Of a DNA stretch of 50,565 nucleotides, positions 1 to 7,904 are shown piece by piece. Within the stretch, counting starts at the first letter, position 1; each line of letters starts with the position of its first letter. The stretch comes from a virus (lineage: Duplodnaviria > Caudoviricetes), in the IMG/VR virus record IMGVR_UViG_3300018031_000008, positions 1 through 50,565 of that record; one strand, 5' to 3'. Both the position numbers and the translations under genes were made by a program. Below the pieces are notes generated by a model that saw only the letters and a program-made list of their open reading frames with translations, was not told where the DNA came from and made no database searches.

Positions 1-80
1 CCCCACAACATCCCCACTCCCATGACCGCGAAGGCCAACAGAATAATCGCCCCGAAAACAAAGACGATGCCCTTCACCAT
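1..80 (-). CDS. small membrane protein, partial (runs off window)
   Basis: ATG at 80 just after the SPFH stop; translates MVKGIVFVFGAIILLAFAVMGVGMLW..., a hydrophobic helix. Confidence 0.55.
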   Translation of the reverse strand, partial: MVKGIVFVFGAIILLAFAVMGVGMLW

Positions 81-81
81 G

Positions 82-837
82 TTACTTCCCCTTTTCGTCA
101 ATCGCGATAAAGGGCACCGCCGCCCCCGTCACACGCGGAAGCTCCCCGTTCCACTTCTCCAACGCCTTAAAGGTGAGAAGATCCTTCGTGAGAGATTCCC
201 GCACGAGGCGATTCGCGTCCGCCTGCCCCCGGGCCAAGGCAACAGTGCGCTCGGCCTCTTTGACCGCCTGCTGGCGCATAAACTCGGCCCGTTGCACATT
301 CTGTTCTTGGATCTGTTTCTGTTCAATAGCGGCACTAAATTCTTTGGAGAACTCAATGTTTGTCAGTGCCACGTCGTGCACGTCAATCTCATACTGGGAC
401 AACCGGACACGCAGCCCCTCCAAGATCGTCGCCTTGAGTTTGGGGCGATCCTGAATAATTTTTTCCACGGGGAACAACGCGGACGAGGCTTTGGCCACCT
501 CTTCAATGGCGGGGGTGACTACACGATGCACAAAATCTCTCCCGACATTCTGGATGATCACGTGACACTTGTTGGGGGAGATCGCATAGTTCACCACCAA
601 GGTCATCTGAACATCCTGCAGGTCACGACTGGCTCCTCCTGTCCTCACCTCGTGCCGCTGCACCTTGGCATCAATCTCATACATATCCGAGGTGAGGGGG
701 TTGTACCAATACAACCCTTCAGTGTAGCACGTCTGATCCACCTTGCCGAAATAGGCAAAGACGGCGCGTTCGCCAGGATCCACTTGCCCACACGCCGTGA
801 GGAGGAAAAGTAGAGACACAAGTGTCATGCGTTTCAT
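82..837 (-). CDS. SPFH/prohibitin (band 7) domain protein, possibly lipoprotein
   Basis: EGLYWYNP, SRDLQDV, IEFSKEFSAAIEQKQ, ARGQADAN and EKWNGELP motifs; start MKRMT with AGGAG RBS and ATGA overlap with upstream stop; lipobox-like LTAC. Confidence 0.9.
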   Translation of the reverse strand: MKRMTLVSLLFLLTACGQVDPGERAVFAYFGKVDQTCYTEGLYWYNPLTSDMYEIDAKVQRHEVRTGGASRDLQDVQMTLVVNYAISPNKCHVIIQNVGRDFVHRVVTPAIEEVAKASSALFPVEKIIQDRPKLKATILEGLRVRLSQYEIDVHDVALTNIEFSKEFSAAIEQKQIQEQNVQRAEFMRQQAVKEAERTVALARGQADANRLVRESLTKDLLTFKALEKWNGELPRVTGAAVPFIAIDEKGK

Positions 838-1478
838 GGGGCACTCCTTTCTGGGAGCATGCACGGTTGAGAGAAACTGGTGCCCAATTCAGAAACCACG
901 GAGGTCGTTGTGGGTCGCAGCCTTTTTTCCCACCGCTGTTTGGGGGCAAGACTTTGATCCGGAGGGCGCTGTCGCACGGTATTCGACCAACTGGCAGAAG
1001 GTCTGTCTATACAGCGTGTGGGCACCCACCCCGCCGCCCGATAAATTGTTCCCGTATGGACCTCCGTATCTTGATAACTCACCAGCATAACGACGTGAGG
1101 ATACAGCGTGCGTATTCGTCGTGTCATGACCCCCAACATCCAACTGGGTGTGTACCGAGGTGCGTCTGGAGCGACCGCCAAACGGCGCAACTCCAGCCAT
1201 TCCTGTTGCGGGAGATGTCGGGCGACAGGATGATCCCAAATAGCTACCGCATAGAGTATATTATCCCCTTCCGCCCCGAAGCACAAATCGGATCTGATAA
1301 AGGGGCTGTCTATTCGGGGCAATCGAGAATGCCACAGCTGGTTCAACGCTCGTGCTTTATCATTGGGAATCTGTACCACGCGCATCTCGAGCGGCGAGGT
1401 CGGACTCGAACCGCCCTCCCCCTCCCTGGAAAAGAAAGGGTACATCACCCGGATGCTTTCGCCGCCTAACACAGCCAT
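834..1478 (-). CDS. mom: Mom-like GNAT-fold DNA adenine modification protein
   Basis: WHSRLP, AVAIWDHPVAR, LELRRLAV, LVSYQDTEVHTGTIYRAAGW motifs typical of Mom-family proteins; ATG at 1478 with AAGGA RBS, alternative start at 1385. Confidence 0.8.
   Translation of the reverse strand: MAVLGGESIRVMYPFFSREGEGGSSPTSPLEMRVVQIPNDKARALNQLWHSRLPRIDSPFIRSDLCFGAEGDNILYAVAIWDHPVARHLPQQEWLELRRLAVAPDAPRYTPSWMLGVMTRRIRTLYPHVVMLVSYQDTEVHTGTIYRAAGWVPTRCIDRPSASWSNTVRQRPPDQSLAPKQRWEKRLRPTTTSVVSELGTSFSQPCMLPERSAP
1387..1465 (-). tRNA. tRNA-Gly(TCC)-like cloverleaf embedded in the mom 5' coding sequence, non-canonical
   Basis: Acceptor stem GCGGCGA/TCGCCGC (7 bp), D stem GCAT/ATGT, elongated anticodon stem with TT-TCC-AG loop, GGTTCGAGTCC T loop, discriminator T; ends TCGA rather than TCCA. 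Confidence 0.65.
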
Positions 1479-1512
1479 GCTTTTTTCCTTTTGAGCGGGC
1501 GCAAGTATCTCG

Positions 1513-3045
1513 TCAGAGAATCGTGAATCCTTGGCTCCTGTAGTCCGCAAAGCGCTGCTGCGCATGCCGGGCGAGGTAATCCTTGGGGTCCTCAAGATCA
1601 TACCCGTCTTCGACATCGTAAATGAGCACCTCGTGCTTATCGGGGCGAGGGCGCAACGCTCGCCCCACCCGCTGAAGGGTTCTCACACTGGACTCCCCTG
1701 CCCCCGCCAGGATGAGTACGTCAATCTCCGGGAGATCTATGCCCTCATCGAGAATTGTGGACGCGAGGAGAAGGGCTCCTCCCCCCCAACACTGAAAATC
1801 CTCAATCGCTCTTTGCCGCACGGCGTCCGATTCCGACCCATGAATCCACCAACAGGCGGGCAGGACCTTTGTGCACTCGGCAAACAGGATCTCCCCGTGA
1901 GCGAGAGCAGAACAGAGGAGGAGCACCTTCTCTCCGCGCTGCACGTGCCCCCAGGCCGTGCGAAATAGTTGGGTGTTCCGGGCGGTGTTGTAGACAATTC
2001 CTCGACGATAGGCCTCCGCGAAGAGTTTGCCCCCGAGCGTGGACAACTGACGCGGGTTGCGTCGCCAGGTGGGGCAGACCATCTCTCGCACTGTGGAATA
2101 CGCGGGATAGGAATGCTGGGGCGCCCGCAGACGGACAATCGTGGGGGTGGCGAGAAAACCTTGCTGAGAGAGCTCCTGAATGTCCGCTACCATGCACACG
2201 GGTCCTGTAATACCCTCCAGTCGGAGATTCCGAATATGGTCAGATGTGAGCGGTGTCGCGGACAGACCAAACCGATAATACGCCTGTGTGCACCAATTTG
2301 CCACAGTTCGCCAGGTGTCCGCAGAGGCGTGCATGCACTCATCTATCACGAGGCACTTCCACTCTGCCCAGAAATTTCTCATGTCCCCGAGCCCCGCATT
2401 TTTGCGAGGGTCAAGACGTACCAAGGTCTGGACCATGCCCACTGTGACAGGATACTTTGTCAGAATGCCCGCCCCGATCATGCCTACAGGCATGCCCAAA
2501 CGCTCCACGAGACGCTGGTGAGTTTGATGAAGCAGTTCTTTGCGATGGATCATCCACAAGGTGGGCACCCCTAACTGACGAACGACGTCGCCGCCTACTT
2601 CCGTTTTCCCCCCTCCCGTGGGCATCTGGATCACACAGCGATAGCGAGCCAACGCCTCCGATACCGCAGCGACCTGGTAGGGGCGCAATGTGAGGGGAAG
2701 AGCCTTTCTCTGAGGAGAATTCTCTGGAGGGTTCTGCCACAGGTGGGGGCCATAGGGCGTGCACGACGGGGGAGGCGCTTTGTCTTTCACCGCAACGGTG
2801 TATCCTTTGGCGGAGAGAAGATCCACCAACCGAGGAGTGAGTCCTGCGGCACACACCAGGGAATATTGCCCTCGCGCCGCAAAGAGGCGTATATGCCCAT
2901 CCCACCGCCCACTTTTGTACAAAGTGGTGTATTGCGCCCGAGGCGCGGGGAGTGTGAGAGCCTCCGTCAGCAGGGTGTAGGCCCCCTTCTCCTCACAGGT
3001 GATAGAGGCGTAGAGGATATCTTGCACAATGCGTACGGTGGACAT
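1513..3045 (-). CDS. superfamily 2 DEAD/DEAH-box helicase (UvsW/ResIII-like)
   Basis: LRPYQ Q-motif, MPTGGGKT Walker A, DECMH, GLSATP, ILDEGIDLP, QRVGRALR. Confidence 0.93.
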   Translation of the reverse strand: MSTVRIVQDILYASITCEEKGAYTLLTEALTLPAPRAQYTTLYKSGRWDGHIRLFAARGQYSLVCAAGLTPRLVDLLSAKGYTVAVKDKAPPPSCTPYGPHLWQNPPENSPQRKALPLTLRPYQVAAVSEALARYRCVIQMPTGGGKTEVGGDVVRQLGVPTLWMIHRKELLHQTHQRLVERLGMPVGMIGAGILTKYPVTVGMVQTLVRLDPRKNAGLGDMRNFWAEWKCLVIDECMHASADTWRTVANWCTQAYYRFGLSATPLTSDHIRNLRLEGITGPVCMVADIQELSQQGFLATPTIVRLRAPQHSYPAYSTVREMVCPTWRRNPRQLSTLGGKLFAEAYRRGIVYNTARNTQLFRTAWGHVQRGEKVLLLCSALAHGEILFAECTKVLPACWWIHGSESDAVRQRAIEDFQCWGGGALLLASTILDEGIDLPEIDVLILAGAGESSVRTLQRVGRALRPRPDKHEVLIYDVEDGYDLEDPKDYLARHAQQRFADYRSQGFTIL

Positions 3046-3126
3046 GCTCTCTTCCCTAATCCCCCCCTAGGGGGGGTTTCGAAACCTGAAGGGCTCTGTG
3101 GACTTGGCTCAGGGGGTCACCTTGCC

Positions 3127-3339
3127 TCAGAACCCGTGTGGATGGGGATGCACGTTTGTCGTGTAGCAAGTTGTCTTCACGGACCACTTCGTGTTCGTGG
3201 TCCGGTAACACACCACCCGGGGTCGGTGATCGTGATAGGATCCCCGCCCCGCGCACCCACCCAACAGAAGGGCCACCCCCACAAATAATAGCGCCCCGAG
3301 CAGGGCGCCAAGAAGTTGTCGGAGACGTAACGTCCTCAT
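3127..3339 (-). CDS. small putative lipoprotein
   Basis: Hydrophobic N-terminus ending LLGGC; overlaps upstream stop; GGAGG RBS. Confidence 0.55.
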   Translation of the reverse strand: MRTLRLRQLLGALLGALLFVGVALLLGGCAGRGSYHDHRPRVVCYRTTNTKWSVKTTCYTTNVHPHPHGF

Positions 3340-3584
3340 TGTCCTCCCTCTTGTTTCCGTGTCTCCTCTCGCATAGTGTCTTGGGCCACCAGGCCCACAT
3401 ACAAGGCTCCCGTCTCCTTCGGGGCTTCCGTCTTCGGAGTCATGGTTCGCAGAGAGTCCTCGACGACCCGGAGGGAGGTCTCCAGGTGCATGAGAAGGGT
3501 GTGGAGGGTGATCACGTCGCTCTGGAGCTCATCCACCGCGCAAAGAGTGCGTGTGAGGATCGTGTGAAACCTGTCGCTGTCCAT
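3336..3584 (-). CDS. hypothetical protein (coiled coil)
   Basis: AAGGAGG RBS; coupled to downstream gene. Confidence 0.65.
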   Translation of the reverse strand: MDSDRFHTILTRTLCAVDELQSDVITLHTLLMHLETSLRVVEDSLRTMTPKTEAPKETGALYVGLVAQDTMREETRKQEGGQ

Positions 3585-3604
3585 GGTGTCCCCTCCTTGT
3601 GGGT

Positions 3605-3641
3605 GAGAGAGAAGAGGGGGGTAGGCTGCCCCACCCCCCTC
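3605..3641 (-). terminator. probable intrinsic terminator
   Basis: Minus strand GAGGGGGGTGGG-GCAG-CCTACCCCCCTC hairpin followed by TTCTCTCTC. Confidence 0.6.
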
Positions 3642-3654
3642 GTGGGGTCCTCCG

Positions 3655-3810
3655 TTACGGCTTGCACTGCTTCGTGTAGCAGTCGTTCACGAGATGCGGG
3701 GCGACCGCCGTCTGCACCCCCGAGAAGATCTTCGCGACGTCCGTCTCCCCGGTGAACAGGCTGCCGGCACCGAGGGTCGCCGCCACTGCAATAATCGCCA
3801 ATGCGATCAT
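3655..3810 (-). CDS. 51-aa hydrophobic small protein (not in ORF track)
   Basis: MIALAIIAVAATLGAGSLFTGETDVAKIFSGVQTAVAPHLVNDCYTKQCKP; AGAAGGAG RBS; terminator directly downstream. Confidence 0.7.
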   Translation of the reverse strand: MIALAIIAVAATLGAGSLFTGETDVAKIFSGVQTAVAPHLVNDCYTKQCKP

Positions 3811-3824
3811 GTCTGTCTCCTTCT

Positions 3825-3948
3825 ACCGAACAGCCCCCGCCCAGGACGGTGGCCCTGAGAGGGGGCTGTTCTCGCGGGAGTCGTGAGACTCCCACTGTTG
3901 AGTGATCCGTGCCACCGCACGGTCGGCTCGAACACTGAGACGAGTATA
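3825..3948 (-). promoter_or_regulatory. -10 box and structured 5' leader
   Basis: TATACT at 3943-3948 with no good -35; three hairpins CCGTGC/GCACGG, GGGAGTC/GACTCCC, GAACAGCCCCC/GGGGGCTGTTC. Confidence 0.5.
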
Positions 3949-3995
3949 CGCCACTCTGAGAAATTCTTTGGCGAGCTCAATCCCCTCTGGATTGA

Positions 3996-4508
3996 TCATG
4001 GCCCTCTCTCTTTCTTCTTTATTTTACAATACTCTTCCCAGCCGTTTTGGCGAATAAAGAGACAATGAGTGATCACAGTTTGGTGCATTGCCCCTGTGCA
4101 ATCATGATCTGTTGCCTTCACAATCGCCTCGCTGAGGGCTTTGGCATCGGCATTTTCTTCGTGAATGACCCCATAAATGTTTTCGTATCCTTGAAATTGG
4201 GGGTCAGCACTAGGGTGAGCATCTAACCACTCGACGCCTGCGGCGAGCATGTTCCGGCACGTTTGCTCATATCCTCCACCAAACCCGCTGATTTCATCCA
4301 TGTCGTCTGTGAACTGATATTTGGATTGCCGCACGAGGATTTCTGGGGGTTCTTGAATGCGCTGTGTTTGATGCCACAACGCGAAACAACCAGGACAAAG
4401 AGGTTGTCCGAGAGCATTGACCAAGGATTCAACATCGGCGGGGATATCCACATCATTTCCGCATCGAGCACATCGGAAAGTCCTGGAACTTTTTTCCTCC
4501 GCCATCAT
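3996..4508 (-). CDS. hypothetical protein with N-terminal zinc ribbon
   Basis: CARC...CPGC then DEISGFGGGYEQTCRNM domain; AGGAGG RBS. Confidence 0.75.
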   Translation of the reverse strand: MMAEEKSSRTFRCARCGNDVDIPADVESLVNALGQPLCPGCFALWHQTQRIQEPPEILVRQSKYQFTDDMDEISGFGGGYEQTCRNMLAAGVEWLDAHPSADPQFQGYENIYGVIHEENADAKALSEAIVKATDHDCTGAMHQTVITHCLFIRQNGWEEYCKIKKKERGP

Positions 4509-4675
4509 CCCCTCCTTATCGCAAAAGGGTTGACATGGTCTAATGTGGCCCCGCAGAATTTACATATATACGAATCTTTAGACTCTTTCCCTGTCACCAT
4601 GAGATAGGCCACTTCACATATCCCGCAGCGCATCAGCTGGAGCATTTCAGGTAATGGAGAGAGTGATTCGTTCAC
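4505..4675 (-). CDS. 56-aa zinc-ribbon protein (not in ORF track)
   Basis: GTGA and ATGA overlaps at both ends; CGIC...CKFC. Confidence 0.6.
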   Translation of the reverse strand: MNESLSPLPEMLQLMRCGICEVAYLMVTGKESKDSYICKFCGATLDHVNPFAIRRG

Positions 4676-4911
4676 TCAATGACCTTTAATCCAAGACAGT
4701 ATATCAGCTCTTCGGAGGAAACATGATACACATACAACATGCACCCCGAACTTCCACTTCCCTCTTTGTTATGGCCCCAGCTATCAGTGACATCGGCAAT
4801 AAAGCCGCTGTGGTTCACGCTGCCAATACCCTCCACTTTCTTAAAGTGTTCTCGGCGTATGCTATCACTTATCTCCACACGTTCTTCCGTCATGTGCGGC
4901 TTTGTTTTCAT
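4672..4911 (-). CDS. hypothetical protein
   Basis: AAGGAGG RBS; operon context. Confidence 0.6.
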   Translation of the reverse strand: MKTKPHMTEERVEISDSIRREHFKKVEGIGSVNHSGFIADVTDSWGHNKEGSGSSGCMLYVYHVSSEELIYCLGLKVIE

Positions 4912-4956
4912 TGTCCCCTCCTTTTCCAGGTTGATTCGAGAACGTTTCGTTTCTTG

Positions 4957-5076
4957 TTACGGAATCCTGATGGGTGGAATTCCTGTGCCTGTCGGGAGGA
5001 GCACCAGCCAGACAATTACCGCCGCGGGAATCAGGATCACATTCAGGAAAAAGAGGATGTCTTCGCTTATCGTCAT
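4957..5076 (-). CDS. 39-aa membrane peptide
   Basis: MTISEDILFFLNVILIPAAVIVWLVLL...; ATGA overlap with upstream stop. Confidence 0.45.
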   Translation of the reverse strand: MTISEDILFFLNVILIPAAVIVWLVLLPTGTGIPPIRIP

Positions 5077-5291
5077 GCTTCCCCCCCCGACGGCGACATT
5101 GGCTGGATCAAATGAACATGGTAAAAACACCACGTACAGACCAACAAATCACATCGCTTGCAGCGTCGCCGCCGTTTCGCTTCTCGCTCGCCGCAATCCT
5201 GGCAAGAGTGCCCGAATTGTTCATTGTAGCCACTAGCCAGCTTTCGGCTAGCTCTCACGGTCTGCACATTCGGTGAAGTCGGAGTCGCCAT
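5073..5291 (-). CDS. small zinc-finger protein
   Basis: CQDC...CKRC...CTWC..HVH; GGAGG RBS. Confidence 0.6.
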   Translation of the reverse strand: MATPTSPNVQTVRASRKLASGYNEQFGHSCQDCGEREAKRRRRCKRCDLLVCTWCFYHVHLIQPMSPSGGEA

Positions 5292-5345
5292 TACTGCCCC
5301 TTCCTCCAGTCGCATCCCCCGCCTGAAGGCCAGAGGGGGTATGAG

Positions 5346-5432
5346 TCATGCACGTTTCTCCCATTTGACGATCATCCCTCGACCAAAGGGACCTTTCTTC
5401 GCCGGACGAAAATCACAGAGACCCACGCGACC
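5346..5432 (-). pseudogene. C-terminal fragment of a RAMP/Cas7-like glycine-loop protein
   Basis: Translates GRVGLCDFRPAKKGPFGRGMIVKWEKRA*; no credible start, in-frame TAA a few codons upstream inside the repeat array. Confidence 0.6.
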
Positions 5433-5478
5433 ATACCCGACCGCACCTTACCTGACACTACCAAACCCTACCATATCA
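5426..5478 (-). repeat. degenerate pentamer array (GGT-NN)n, about 10 units, non-coding
   Basis: Plus strand CGCGA CCATA CCCGA CCGCA CCTTA CCTGA CACTA CCAAA CCCTA CCATA; minus strand GGT-AG GGT-TT GGT-AG TGT-CA GGT-AA GGT-GC GGT-CG GGT-AT GGT-CG. Confidence 0.85.
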
Positions 5479-5496
5479 GTTCGTTTGTGAATCTCT

Positions 5497-5976
5497 CTAT
5501 ACGGGGATGTGGAAAATCAGTCCCTCCGGTCCCCACGGCACGTCGGCACACTCCAGGGCGAAGAGGGCCTCGATCTCGGCGCGGTGGGTATAGAGAATCT
5601 CCTGCCACGCCCGAGACGCCTCCTCCCACACCTGGTATGCCTTCTCCCATATCCGGTATACCTGTATCCGGTCCGTTCCCTGCCTCGCCTGGGACACCTC
5701 CCACCACGCCTGGAACGCCTCATCCCGTGCCCGGTCCGTCTTCTCCAACGCCTGCGCCGCCTCCTGCACCTCGGGGGGGAGTGTCCCCAGGACGGGCCGC
5801 ATGGCCCGCAACCGCACTTCCTGTTCATGCGCGAGTTTTAGGTTGCGGATGACTTCGGCGCGCGCCGCAGGCGGTTCCCGGAGCGCTGCCAGCTTTATAT
5901 CATGGCCTTGGCACCACCACAGCGCCCCCCGCGCCTGCTGGGCGGGCGTGGCCGTCTCGTAGGGGTAGGGTGTCAT
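5497..5976 (-). CDS. hypothetical phage protein with Ala/Trp/Glu-rich helical repeats
   Basis: GAGGAGGAG RBS; GATAAT -10-like box upstream; repeats AWWEV/IWEKA/VWEEA/AWQE. Confidence 0.75.
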   Translation of the reverse strand: MTPYPYETATPAQQARGALWWCQGHDIKLAALREPPAARAEVIRNLKLAHEQEVRLRAMRPVLGTLPPEVQEAAQALEKTDRARDEAFQAWWEVSQARQGTDRIQVYRIWEKAYQVWEEASRAWQEILYTHRAEIEALFALECADVPWGPEGLIFHIPV

Positions 5977-6267
5977 GGTTGCTCCTCCTCTCTTCACCTT
6001 CTATTATCGGGGGGCACGGAGGGCACGAAAAATCTTTTTTCGGTGCGTTGACGAAGATGTGGGAAATGTCTTAAAGAGAAGAGTTTCCCGATCACGGAAG
6101 TACTGGGCGCTCGTCATTTTGTGGATAAAATCTCGGCGCGCCTGCACCGTTTTGGCCAGATTGAGTGTCCCATCCCCATAATAAATTTTGATGGTGGAGA
6201 CGGACTCACGCCAATCATAGGAGATAACAAAATCTACTTCTCTCGATCGCCGCCAGGGAGTCGTCGT

Positions 6268-6855
6268 TTACCGACCCCCTATGTACATGGCCCCAATGAT
6301 ACCCCCCACAAGAGGAACGAGCAGGGTGATTCGGTCCAGTATCTGGTCCCGTTTCAGTCGGGTAATTTCAACACCCCGTATCTCCGCGAGCGTGCGATAT
6401 TCCTCCGCCATGAGAACCATCGTATCCAGAAGATCCATGAGGCTCTGCAGGGCACGATCCCGCACCTCGATACGCGACTGAAGGACAGGAATCAATTCGC
6501 GCAAGAGGCGCTCCGTGGCGAGACGCTGACGTAACTCCTCTGCCGCCCCGTCGTAGGCGAAAAACAATCCTGTGCCCCCCGCCGCATGGGGAGAACTCCC
6601 CGTGCACAGCCACACCGTCGGGGTCTGTGAAGACCGTTGGCACTGCAACTCCACGGGGGGCAGACCCGTCTTAATTTCTGGCAGAGGGGGCACAGGAGAC
6701 GGGGCCGTGAGTGCCGTAATGCTCGTGCGCACCTTCTCGATAGGGGCTAGAGGTACCGCAGGAAGAGGGGGCAACGCGGTCACGCAGCCCGCCAACGTTA
6801 CCGCGAGAAGGAGGGCTACTCCCCTAAAAAGTGGGCCACGCATGCCGTATCTCAT
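6268..6855 (-). CDS. spanin-like outer-membrane lipoprotein with C-terminal TM helix
   Basis: Lipobox LAGC, Pro-rich linker, coiled coil, C-terminal ITLLVPLVGGIIGAMYI; last gene of the lysis cluster, overlaps the i-spanin-like gene. Confidence 0.6.
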   Translation of the reverse strand: MRYGMRGPLFRGVALLLAVTLAGCVTALPPLPAVPLAPIEKVRTSITALTAPSPVPPLPEIKTGLPPVELQCQRSSQTPTVWLCTGSSPHAAGGTGLFFAYDGAAEELRQRLATERLLRELIPVLQSRIEVRDRALQSLMDLLDTMVLMAEEYRTLAEIRGVEITRLKRDQILDRITLLVPLVGGIIGAMYIGGR

Positions 6856-7213
6856 TGCGGATCGCCTCCACATTGACTTCGTGTGCGGGAATGGCTTTCA
6901 ACTCCGCTTCGATCTTCCGCTGCACGTCCCGTAACTGTTGATCCTTTGTCGCTTCCCCGCGAAGTGTCTCAGCGGCACGGACAATGTGCTCCCGTTGCGC
7001 CAGGAGCACTGCGATGTGCTGGGCGGTGTCTGCAGAGACACCCAATTCGCGTAACCGGCGCTGTCGTTGGGACACCGCATAGGTGATCCCGCCCCCCAAC
7101 AGGAGACCAATCCCCGCGAAGATGTACTTGCGCCATTCAGGACGGAGAAAGGCGACGATCAATAGCCCCCCGATGAACAGCCCCAGGAGAACATACAGGA
7201 TCGTGTCCATCAT
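6824..7213 (-). CDS. i-spanin-like membrane protein
   Basis: Two N-terminal TM helices then coiled coil; lysis cluster. Confidence 0.55.
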   Translation of the reverse strand: MMDTILYVLLGLFIGGLLIVAFLRPEWRKYIFAGIGLLLGGGITYAVSQRQRRLRELGVSADTAQHIAVLLAQREHIVRAAETLRGEATKDQQLRDVQRKIEAELKAIPAHEVNVEAIRNEIRHAWPTF

Positions 7214-7614
7214 GCGCCTCCTTCTCTGGGCGAGGGAGCCTCTGGCTTCTTCCCCTCAGTGTAGGGAATGGGACCCCAGGCCGCTTCCAGCCAGCCCTTC
7301 GCGAATCGGGCATAGACCATCACGGCCAGTCCGTCATAGACAAGGGCGTAGACGGCCAGTGATGTGACGGGTTGCTTCGGTTCCACCGCCCACAGAAAGA
7401 GCATGGCCCACCCCCAGGGGCCAAACCAGCACACTGCCGTGTCGAGCACCTCCTCATACTGGGCGAGGGCGGCAGGCAAGTGGGTTTTCGCAGTCAGTCG
7501 CCGAGTCCAATACGTGACCAACACGAGGGCCACAACAACAATCGGGTTGAGGCGGACTTCTGCGAGCGATAAGCCAAACGCATCCAGGATTGTACGTACC
7601 GTGGATCCATTCAT
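7210..7614 (-). CDS. holin-like multi-TM protein
   Basis: Three hydrophobic segments, charged C-terminus, GGAGGAG RBS, near endolysin. Confidence 0.5.
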   Translation of the reverse strand: MNGSTVRTILDAFGLSLAEVRLNPIVVVALVLVTYWTRRLTAKTHLPAALAQYEEVLDTAVCWFGPWGWAMLFLWAVEPKQPVTSLAVYALVYDGLAVMVYARFAKGWLEAAWGPIPYTEGKKPEAPSPREGGA

Positions 7615-7616
7615 GG

Positions 7617-7904
7617 TTAGCTCCTCCACCAATTGACGAGTTTCTCTCTCACTGTCGAGCCTACCCGAGCCACGCTACTCTCAACATACGTCCGATGCTT
7701 ATGCGTGGCCCACCCGAGAACCCACAGTCCGGCCCCCGTGAGAGCCAGAACCCCCCCACGCGTGAGGTACAGGGCCAGGAGGGTGAGGCCCGCGACGACG
7801 ACCATGATCCAGTAATAGGGTTTCATAGGCTTCTCCTTTCGCGCCTCTCCCTCGAAGGCCCTATCCCACAGGAGAGACAAATCCATGTCATCAAAGAAAC
7901 TCAT
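7617..7904 (-). CDS. small two-TM membrane protein (holin/antiholin candidate)
   Basis: ATGA overlap with amidase stop; two hydrophobic helices. Confidence 0.5.
   Translation of the reverse strand: MSFFDDMDLSLLWDRAFEGEARKEKPMKPYYWIMVVVAGLTLLALYLTRGGVLALTGAGLWVLGWATHKHRTYVESSVARVGSTVREKLVNWWRS

Noticed and set aside
1387-1465. Canonical translational tRNA or attP/attB remnant
   Set aside because: Over-long anticodon and T stems, CGA end, and it lies in frame inside a CDS; no integrase or duplicated att core seen in the window.
1479-1616. N-terminal extension of the Mom ORF in the track
   Set aside because: Overlaps the helicase 3' end; a better RBS and ATG lie at 1478.
5426-5478. CRISPR array or simple microsatellite
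   Set aside because: No 23-50 nt repeats with spacers; the units differ at two fixed positions, unlike slippage repeats.
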